32,658 nt of DNA, taken from IMG/VR virus record IMGVR_UViG_3300042868_001656, positions 1 through 32,658 of that record; one strand, 5' to 3'. This document shows positions 26,000 to 32,658 of this stretch, in pieces. This DNA is from a virus (lineage: Duplodnaviria > Caudoviricetes). The stretch's first letter is position 1. Every line of letters starts with the position of its first letter. Both the position numbers and the translations under genes were made by a program. The notes beneath the pieces are model-generated. The model was not told the DNA's origin. It did no database searches and was given only the letters and a program-made list of their open reading frames with translations.

Positions 26000-26122
26000 G
26001 ATTTCTCCATGATTGGTTAAGTTTGTAAGTGCGCAGGAAGTTGTATTCCGAAAGGCGCGGAACGCTGACCAATCTCTAGTCGTAGCGGGACGCTTACCGA
26101 CAGACCGAGTGTATATGAGAAA

Positions 26123-27973
26123 CTAGAAAGTTTTCAACAGTTCAAGATGTTTCGCCAACAAGTTCACTGACGAAGGAACTTTGGCTGGTTCGGCTCGAAG
26201 TTTGCTGACCGCACCCGACAACAGATCGGCTGACTCATCCGACAAAGTGCCACCAGCCTCAAGGATCGTGATTGCTTCAGCGAGCTTGTCTGCGTCAACA
26301 CCTGTGCGCTCGGCAAGAATGTCAAGAGAACGGACAGTGGCCGAAGTTGCCTTGTAAGCAGGGAACCCTGTCACAACCGAAACCTCATGCAAACGAACCT
26401 GACGCAGTTCGCGGGTCATGCCGTCATCTGACCATTTGTCGCCACCGGACGGAACCGAGAACCCAAACGACATCGAGTCAACATCGCCGCGCTTCATCAA
26501 CACCGACAAGTCACGACCGACTGTCGTGTCTGGAAGATCGGCGTTCACCAACAAACCTCGTGAATCTTCTTCAAGACGCAAAGTCTTCGAACGTGTCGAA
26601 GCAAGAAGCATCGACGAATCATGATTCATGTACATCTTGATTGTGTTGCGACCCTTCAAAGATTTCTTGAACGCACCTGGTGCAATTCGCTCGATGAACG
26701 GCAACGGTTCGGAATCAGAATTGAAGACTGCTGCGTATCCTGTGAATGACATTCCGTCACCTGTTGGACCTTCGCGTAGTTCGAAGTCGTTGATGTGAAT
26801 GCGGCGTGTCTCTAATGATTCGCTCATACCGTCAATCATAACAACATTCACGGGCAAGGTTCTAGAGGAGCGAGGATGATCTTTGGGAAGTAGATCGTTG
26901 TCGGTGATGTACTTCGGATTCTCTGGACGACCGTTGCGCAACAAATACAAGAACGAGTTCACCCGCGCATACGCCCACTGATTCCTAGTCATACCTGGAC
27001 GGTGAGATGTCGAATACGCTCCGGCACCGCGACGGAACACGGTTCGCAACATGCCGACAGTTGCCCGCTTCCAAGACGGATCCGCGCCATCAAGTTTCTC
27101 GTTGTGTTCATCGGCCTTGTTCTTCAAGCCTTCTTCGATCGCTTCGGTCAATTCAATTGTGTCCGATCCAGCAGGAGCTTTCGCTGAACCTTTCGGATTC
27201 TTATCTGAACCGATGATCTGGTCTGATGGTGGTGCTGGTGCGCGTTCGGATTGGATTGCTTCAGATTTTCTTGCGAACCAATCTCGTGCCGGCTGAGGGT
27301 TCAATGGATTGATGCCCCACAGGTAGTGTGCGACCGCACCCGCACCAGGGAACTGGTCATCGGTTGAATCCGAGTTCTTTGGTGCTTGTAGGTCTACGGC
27401 GTGTCGTTGCGCCCAAGCGTTCGCTCGCACAACTTTGTCTTCGGTGATGTCACCTCGCGCCATATCTCGTGCCTCACGAACGGTTCTATCGACCAGCCCT
27501 TCACCCGCAAGACCTTGACCGTAGTAGTCCAATCCTTTTCTTGCTGCGATACGAATGTAGACAGGTATCTCAAGAGATACCTGACGTACCGATTCTTCTT
27601 CTTCTTCTTCTTCTTCTTCCATCTCTTCTTCGTGTGGTTGCCATGCGTTGCAATAAAATCCGCCATCAACATACTCATCCCATTTCTCGCACCATGCTTT
27701 GAGATTGTCGCCATCTGCGATCACATTGTCATCATCGTAAAACGCACAGTTACCGCAAGCACGACCTTCAGGAACATCTGGTGACAACGCAGGCCGATAG
27801 TTGTCAGGCAACGCACGTTCGCCACCTGGTTCCATGTCTTCGGCGATAGATACTGCGACCATTTGATCGACTGCATCTTGTTTTGTTGTGTGGCATCCGA
27901 TCACTTCACCATCTTCTTTGATGGTTGCCCAACCAGAACAATCTGGTGACTTGTCGGTAATGAAGTAAGGCAT
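26123..27973 (-). CDS. HK97-type prohead protease with a long multi-domain N-terminal extension
   Basis: C-terminal 'FTGYAAVFN...ERIAPGAF...NHD...MSFGF...LHEVSVVTGFPAY'. Confidence 0.92.
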   Translation of the reverse strand: MPYFITDKSPDCSGWATIKEDGEVIGCHTTKQDAVDQMVAVSIAEDMEPGGERALPDNYRPALSPDVPEGRACGNCAFYDDDNVIADGDNLKAWCEKWDEYVDGGFYCNAWQPHEEEMEEEEEEEEESVRQVSLEIPVYIRIAARKGLDYYGQGLAGEGLVDRTVREARDMARGDITEDKVVRANAWAQRHAVDLQAPKNSDSTDDQFPGAGAVAHYLWGINPLNPQPARDWFARKSEAIQSERAPAPPSDQIIGSDKNPKGSAKAPAGSDTIELTEAIEEGLKNKADEHNEKLDGADPSWKRATVGMLRTVFRRGAGAYSTSHRPGMTRNQWAYARVNSFLYLLRNGRPENPKYITDNDLLPKDHPRSSRTLPVNVVMIDGMSESLETRRIHINDFELREGPTGDGMSFTGYAAVFNSDSEPLPFIERIAPGAFKKSLKGRNTIKMYMNHDSSMLLASTRSKTLRLEEDSRGLLVNADLPDTTVGRDLSVLMKRGDVDSMSFGFSVPSGGDKWSDDGMTRELRQVRLHEVSVVTGFPAYKATSATVRSLDILAERTGVDADKLAEAITILEAGGTLSDESADLLSGAVSKLRAEPAKVPSSVNLLAKHLELLKTF

Positions 27974-28236
27974 TACGGAGTGATGAGTGTGAACGCTACT
28001 GTGTGACCGGCTTTGGTTGATACTGCGAACATCTGTTGACCTGCATACATAACGAAGTCTTCCGATTCACTTTTTCGGATCGTGTGTCCAGCGTTCACTA
28101 CAACTGTTGAACCGCCAAGAAAGATTGTGTCGGTGTTGTCAAGGTTGCTGATGTGTAGTGTCCCTGGATTAACTCCGCAAGTTGTGATTAGTGTGGCAGC
28201 CGTGCCGACTGCGATTGATCCGTTTGTGATTGGCAT
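27973..28236 (-). CDS. Small beta-rich virion-module protein
   Basis: TAATG overlap; beta-sandwich-like pattern. Confidence 0.7.
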   Translation of the reverse strand: MPITNGSIAVGTAATLITTCGVNPGTLHISNLDNTDTIFLGGSTVVVNAGHTIRKSESEDFVMYAGQQMFAVSTKAGHTVAFTLITP

Positions 28237-28246
28237 GATTGTTACC

Positions 28247-28996
28247 TCAGAGCATCAATAGTAGTTCAGCATCATCTTCCAAGATGCTGAATGTGATCGT
28301 GCTTGTTGCTTGTGCTTGCATACCGTTCAAAGATGTTGAGACAACCGCGTAGCGTCGCTTCGGTTGGATGACAGGAATCTCGACCACTGGCTCGATGACG
28401 GGTTCAATCTTTTTGCGTGGTGTCGTTGAATAAACTCTGCGACCGCCAGATGGTTTCGGTGTCGGCTCAGGTTCTGGCGGTGTGTCGGTTGCGTCAGCGG
28501 TTGCGACTAGACCGCCGAGGGTTGCTGTTGCGACAGCGTTCTGTTCGACTGCGGTGATCGCCGAAGCGGCGAGACCGCCGAGGTTCGCTGATGCGGTTGC
28601 GGGTAGTGCGACTGTGGCAGTGGCCGAAGAAACAAGACCGCCGAGAGTTGCTGAGGCTGTTGCCGGTAGGACAACTGTTGCGGTTGCTGTGGCGACAAGT
28701 CCGCCGAGTTCTGCTTCGCCTGTTGCATCCGTTGTGACGATGACTTGCGCAACCTCGGCAACAAGTTCACCGAGTTCGGCTGATGCGGTTGCGAAGTGTG
28801 TGACGGTCGCTGTCGCTGTAGCCGACATTGCACCGAGTGTCGCTGCACCTGTGGCTGTGGTTAGAAACTCTGCACCGTCAAGGACTCGTGTGCCGTTGAG
28901 TGTGCTGGTGTCGAGGATGAATGCAAGACCGCCATCGAGTCCTGTGGTGCTGTCGTTCAGTGTGCTTGTGTCAAGCACGAACCTTTTGACCGCCAT
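28247..28996 (-). CDS. Ala/Thr-rich repeat protein (fibre/decoration-like)
   Basis: Repeats of 'ATASAxLGGLxAxATATV'; two FxLDTSTLN motifs. Confidence 0.75.
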   Translation of the reverse strand: MAVKRFVLDTSTLNDSTTGLDGGLAFILDTSTLNGTRVLDGAEFLTTATGAATLGAMSATATATVTHFATASAELGELVAEVAQVIVTTDATGEAELGGLVATATATVVLPATASATLGGLVSSATATVALPATASANLGGLAASAITAVEQNAVATATLGGLVATADATDTPPEPEPTPKPSGGRRVYSTTPRKKIEPVIEPVVEIPVIQPKRRYAVVSTSLNGMQAQATSTITFSILEDDAELLLML

Positions 28997-29003
28997 GGCG
29001 GTA

Positions 29004-29387
29004 CTAACTAGCGACGGTCAAAGATGCAGACAGATTGCCAGATGAAATTGTGTAAGTGTCACCAGCTGTGTAAGCGTTGCCTGTGATCGTGCCTGAGAAC
29101 AAGAAGTTGCCGGCACTTATATTGTCCCAAGCGGTGAAGTGTGTTGCGTCTTGCGAACCTGCGATATTCGTCCAACTGATATCGGCATCAGATGTGATTG
29201 CACCGTTTGACGCGGCACCGAACGAAACAATTTTGCGTGTCGTCTCGGTCGCAGCGTTCGATGTACCTGCTGCACCTGGATCACCGACATGAAGTTTCAC
29301 ATACACGTTCGTCACCGAATATGCGGTCGCATTGCCGAGCGCGTCAAGAAACGAGTTACAAAGATAAGCAGATAAACCTGTAGCCAT
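29004..29387 (-). CDS. Virion structural (fibre adaptor-like) protein
   Basis: 'YVKLHVGDPG', 'ATHFTAWD..SAGNFLFSG'; TAATG overlap with portal. Confidence 0.7.
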   Translation of the reverse strand: MATGLSAYLCNSFLDALGNATAYSVTNVYVKLHVGDPGAAGTSNAATETTRKIVSFGAASNGAITSDADISWTNIAGSQDATHFTAWDNISAGNFLFSGTITGNAYTAGDTYTISSGNLSASLTVAS

Positions 29388-30916
29388 TACTCTTCAACCC
29401 TTTCGGTGATAGTCAAGATTCTACCTTCGGCATCACGTTCAACTGTGCGAACAGTCGGTCTGTTCTCTGGCACGTTCACACGCACCACAGTCTCAGGCAC
29501 GTTGATGATCGGTGCAGCGACACTTACTTGTGCTGGTGGAACATTGACAACCATTTCAGGCATCGTCACATTTACGTCACGCTGATTCACATCGTAGGTC
29601 GGTGCTGGTTCTGTTACCTGTTGCAACAAGACTGGTGCGACACCTGTGTGTGTGATCGGATCAATGTCGAGTGCTTTCAATACTGCGGCAGGTTCGAAAC
29701 CTGCGTTGATGAGGCGTTGTGCCATCATTGTTTTGCGGTCAAGTTCGGTGAGTCCTGCTGCACCTAGATCGACGTTCGCAAGTGGCACACGGTAAGTATC
29801 GCCGCCGTCAGCCGGTCGTAGGTCTTCAAATCGGCGAACATCGTTGATTGATAACCAGCCTGCTTGTAGTCCTGATGAATATCCTGCGACTCGTGAACCG
29901 AAGTCGCCGCGCATCAAACCATCAAGGTTGAACTTCAAGAACGCACCACGGCCATCAATCAGTCTTGAATATCCATCCTCGATCTTGGTGACATATGGTC
30001 GGAGTGTGTGCATCACAAAGTGAATGCCGTTCATTTCAACAGATGCGTATGCTTGCGCACCTGACTGAATCACACCAGCCATCGATGGTGGTACACGGAA
30101 CGCACGAAGAATCTCTTCGACTGCGAACTGTCGTGATTGCAGGAACTGTGAGTCGTCTGGTGCGACCGAAGTTGTCGTGTATTTCGCACCACCGAACAGA
30201 ATGCCTGGACGGTGTGCGCGACGCAAACCTTTGTGACCTTCTTCGAATCCGTCAACAAGCGATTTGGCTTGTTCGCGGGTCAGGTTGCCTGGGAACTCGA
30301 TGATGCCTGAAGTGTGCGAACCTTGACCGAAGAACCTCGCAGCAAACTCTTCAAGAGCTTTCGACAATCCGAGGTTCTCTTTGATTAGTTCGATGCGTGA
30401 ACGGCCACGAAGATCGCCAGGTAGACGCAACTCGGACAGATGAATCATGTCCTCATGCTGGATGATGTCACGGTTGTCAAAGACGTAGACGATTCGGCGT
30501 GACTCGTCGCGTTTCACTTCAACTTTCAACGGATTCAAAACTGACAAACCTGCGACACCTTGATTGTCGCGGATGATACGAGTGAACGAGTTACCGTTCA
30601 ACAACATCGAAACAAGTACCTGTTGGAAGTGGTCGGTGCGTGACACACCGACTTCGGGCATGTCGAGCCATTCTGGTCGTGGTCGGAATGGTCGGCGATC
30701 ACCGTCGACACGGATGAACACATCGACTGGCAGAGTTGAGATAGAGTCTGCGATTAGTCGGACACACGCATACACGGTTCCGATCTTGAGAGAATCTTCT
30801 TGCGTGACTATCGTGCCGGCGTTGGTTGTGAATTGGAATGCGTCACCTGCGGCGAACAACGACTGATATGAGACTGCTCTCTCTTCTTCTCTTGGGTTGA
30901 ACAGTCTTGACAACAT
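29387..30916 (-). CDS. HK97-family portal protein with C-terminal extension
   Basis: 'VYACVRLIADSISTLP', 'LLNGN', 'QFLQSR', 'FRVPP', 'TLRPY', 'SINDVRRFEDL'. Confidence 0.95.
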   Translation of the reverse strand: MLSRLFNPREEERAVSYQSLFAAGDAFQFTTNAGTIVTQEDSLKIGTVYACVRLIADSISTLPVDVFIRVDGDRRPFRPRPEWLDMPEVGVSRTDHFQQVLVSMLLNGNSFTRIIRDNQGVAGLSVLNPLKVEVKRDESRRIVYVFDNRDIIQHEDMIHLSELRLPGDLRGRSRIELIKENLGLSKALEEFAARFFGQGSHTSGIIEFPGNLTREQAKSLVDGFEEGHKGLRRAHRPGILFGGAKYTTTSVAPDDSQFLQSRQFAVEEILRAFRVPPSMAGVIQSGAQAYASVEMNGIHFVMHTLRPYVTKIEDGYSRLIDGRGAFLKFNLDGLMRGDFGSRVAGYSSGLQAGWLSINDVRRFEDLRPADGGDTYRVPLANVDLGAAGLTELDRKTMMAQRLINAGFEPAAVLKALDIDPITHTGVAPVLLQQVTEPAPTYDVNQRDVNVTMPEMVVNVPPAQVSVAAPIINVPETVVRVNVPENRPTVRTVERDAEGRILTITERVEE

Positions 30917-31068
30917 TAGTTTCTAGCCGCTTTCTTTGACCGCTCCCAAGCCAAGGTGAAGGCAAGCAGAGATGCGCCTGTAAAGATTAGCCCAAGCGGA
31001 ACCGCAATGTAAAATACGCCGATCGCAATCATCAACATCGCGACCAATTCCAATAACAATACAATCAT
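30916..31068 (-). CDS. Small membrane protein (50 aa) between terL and portal, not in the ORF track
   Basis: MIVLLLELVAMLMIAIGVFYIAVPLGLIFTGASLLAFTLAWERSKKAARN; RBS GAGGAG; TAATG overlap. Confidence 0.75.
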   Translation of the reverse strand: MIVLLLELVAMLMIAIGVFYIAVPLGLIFTGASLLAFTLAWERSKKAARN

Positions 31069-31076
31069 CTTTCTCC

Positions 31077-32546
31077 TCACACTACAAAGAACCCTGGTTG
31101 CTGAACACTCTCGACTCGTCTCGTTGCACGATCCACAGCCATTGCCAATGCTATCGCAGCGTCAATCTTGCGTTTCGATTTGCCTTTAGACAAACGCCAA
31201 CCCATGTCGGTTGAGCGTTGCGCCGCCGACAACACCTGATCGGTGAACACAGGATCACCGTTGTGTGAGAGACGACCGTTCACGATGAACTCGTACAAAG
31301 TTCCGCAAGCAGGCACCATACGCGCAGTGGACTGGCTGAACTCAACCATCGTGAACCCTTCATCGGACATTGCTTCGGCTGAGCGTTGAAAGAACGCTGG
31401 GTCATAGGCGAACTCTTGTACCGTGTATTCGCGACCAAGATCGCGGATGTGTTGCTCGACTGCCGAGACATCCATCGCACCGCCATCTGGATGCCAAATC
31501 TTTGCACGAACAACAACACGACCAGACTCCTGCGGTTGCGCAACGACAACCGCGATTGAGTCGTGCTTGAGTGCCATGTCAATGCCGACGAAGACAGGAA
31601 TGTTCAGATCAAGTTCATCTTCACTACGACACTGCTCCCACGCACCCTTCGGCAACCACGATTCACCATCGGTACGAACCCACTGATTCAACCGATAGCG
31701 GCGGAACGCAACCTCGGCTGTTTGCATCATTGACACTTCCATGTCTTGCATATCCAACAAACCTTCAGCCAAGTTCGGATTCGACTCAGCCCAAGCGTCA
31801 CGGTCATGAATCTCGCAATCCGCTGGTGCTTCCCACCAGAAGAAACCGAACCGTTCATCCTGTTTCGTGTCGGCAACAATCTCTTTGCCGTAGTTGTACA
31901 GACGGCCACACACCGTGTCCAAGTCAAAACCTGCCGTGGTGATAGCGACAATGTTCGGGTCCTTACGCGCACCAGAACCCAACGTCAACGCATTCCACAA
32001 ATCATCATTCGGCTGGACATGCAACTCATCAAACACAACCGTCGAAGGATTCAAACCTTGCTGAAGTTTTGCGTCGCTCGATAGCACACGATAAATCGCA
32101 CCAGTCGAAGGAACTTCAACAACATCTCGATACACCTTGCACACACCCGACAACGCAGGCGACTGAGTGATCTGCCACTTCGCCTCGTTGAACACGACAC
32201 GCGCCTGCTGTCTGTCACCCGCCGCCGAATAAACCTCGGCACCAGGCTCACCCTCGATCAAGCCATACAGCGCAATCAGCGAACCGAGCAACGACTTGCC
32301 GTTCTTCCGACCCAACCCGATCAGGCTGCGACGATACCGAAGCAACCCATCATCACGACGCTCATAGAGTGCGTCAAGAAGTGCGACCTGCCAGTTGGTA
32401 AGAATCAGAGGCTGACCGGCACGAACACCCTTGCTCACATGCAAGAACGTGCGGGCAAAGTCAACGACCTTGTGACCGTCAGACTTGCTGTATAACTTCG
32501 GCGTCGACCAAGTTGGAGTTCCTTTGTCGATATGCGTCAAGCTCAT
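31077..32546 (-). CDS. terL: Terminase large subunit
   Basis: Walker A 'GRKNGKS', Walker B 'VVFDELH', 'ITTAG', 'GIDMA', 'KIDAAIA'. Confidence 0.96.
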   Translation of the reverse strand: MSLTHIDKGTPTWSTPKLYSKSDGHKVVDFARTFLHVSKGVRAGQPLILTNWQVALLDALYERRDDGLLRYRRSLIGLGRKNGKSLLGSLIALYGLIEGEPGAEVYSAAGDRQQARVVFNEAKWQITQSPALSGVCKVYRDVVEVPSTGAIYRVLSSDAKLQQGLNPSTVVFDELHVQPNDDLWNALTLGSGARKDPNIVAITTAGFDLDTVCGRLYNYGKEIVADTKQDERFGFFWWEAPADCEIHDRDAWAESNPNLAEGLLDMQDMEVSMMQTAEVAFRRYRLNQWVRTDGESWLPKGAWEQCRSEDELDLNIPVFVGIDMALKHDSIAVVVAQPQESGRVVVRAKIWHPDGGAMDVSAVEQHIRDLGREYTVQEFAYDPAFFQRSAEAMSDEGFTMVEFSQSTARMVPACGTLYEFIVNGRLSHNGDPVFTDQVLSAAQRSTDMGWRLSKGKSKRKIDAAIALAMAVDRATRRVESVQQPGFFVV

Positions 32547-32658
32547 TTGCCACCCTTATCTCCGCCAAACCCAACCTGGCACGATCGCTCGGAGTGAACC
32601 CAAGCAAACTCATCCAAGCCGTACATTGCGCGTCCATCTGTTCTATCTGCTTCACCGC
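32479..32658 (-). CDS. terS: Terminase small subunit (P27-like), 5'-truncated by the window edge
   Basis: Open frame ...'LLGFTPSDRARLGL'... overlapping the terL start. Confidence 0.85.
   Translation of the reverse strand, partial: AVKQIEQMDAQCTAWMSLLGFTPSDRARLGLAEIRVANELDAYRQRNSNLVDAEVIQQV

Noticed and set aside
27593-27630. (TTC)n microsatellite
   Set aside because: An in-frame poly-Glu linker; triplet slippage would not cause phase variation
1-32658. Integrase, tRNA/rRNA genes or stop-codon reassignment
   Set aside because: None recognised; core genes are intact under the standard code and all three stop codons are used. The anti-SD match at 8514-8523 is only 10 nt, not an rRNA fragment

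Overview
This window is a nearly complete (~33 kb) tailed dsDNA phage genome with an HK97-type head and a siphovirus-like tail. Every credible gene lies on the - strand. Read from the right end, the order is: terS (partial), terL, small membrane protein, portal with a C-terminal extension, three fibre/decoration-like genes, a multi-domain prohead protease, major capsid protein, a six-gene glycosyl/methyl-transferase cluster, neck and tail genes (with a -1 frameshifted chaperone), an inserted promoter + ribbon-helix-helix (RHH) + primase-domain cassette, tape measure, tail tip/fibre genes, a secreted PA14/mucin-like protein, the lysis genes, a transglycosylase, WhiB, resolvase, exonuclease, SSB, small genes, primase-helicase, a repeat tract and an HNH gene next to the probable cos end. 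WhiB and the gene repertoire suggest an actinobacterial host (inference). I saw no integrase, tRNA, rRNA or CRISPR array. The strongest unexplained signals are: (1) a CCUGCAC motif at several translation starts that is complementary to the loop of a post-capsid hairpin/pseudoknot, suggesting antisense control; (2) a hairpin displaying an anti-Shine-Dalgarno loop; (3) the RHH/stand-alone primase cassette; (4) the glycan cluster with a dual-coded first gene; (5) a duplicated fibre-anchor domain. Product calls come from motif recognition by eye, not database searches.
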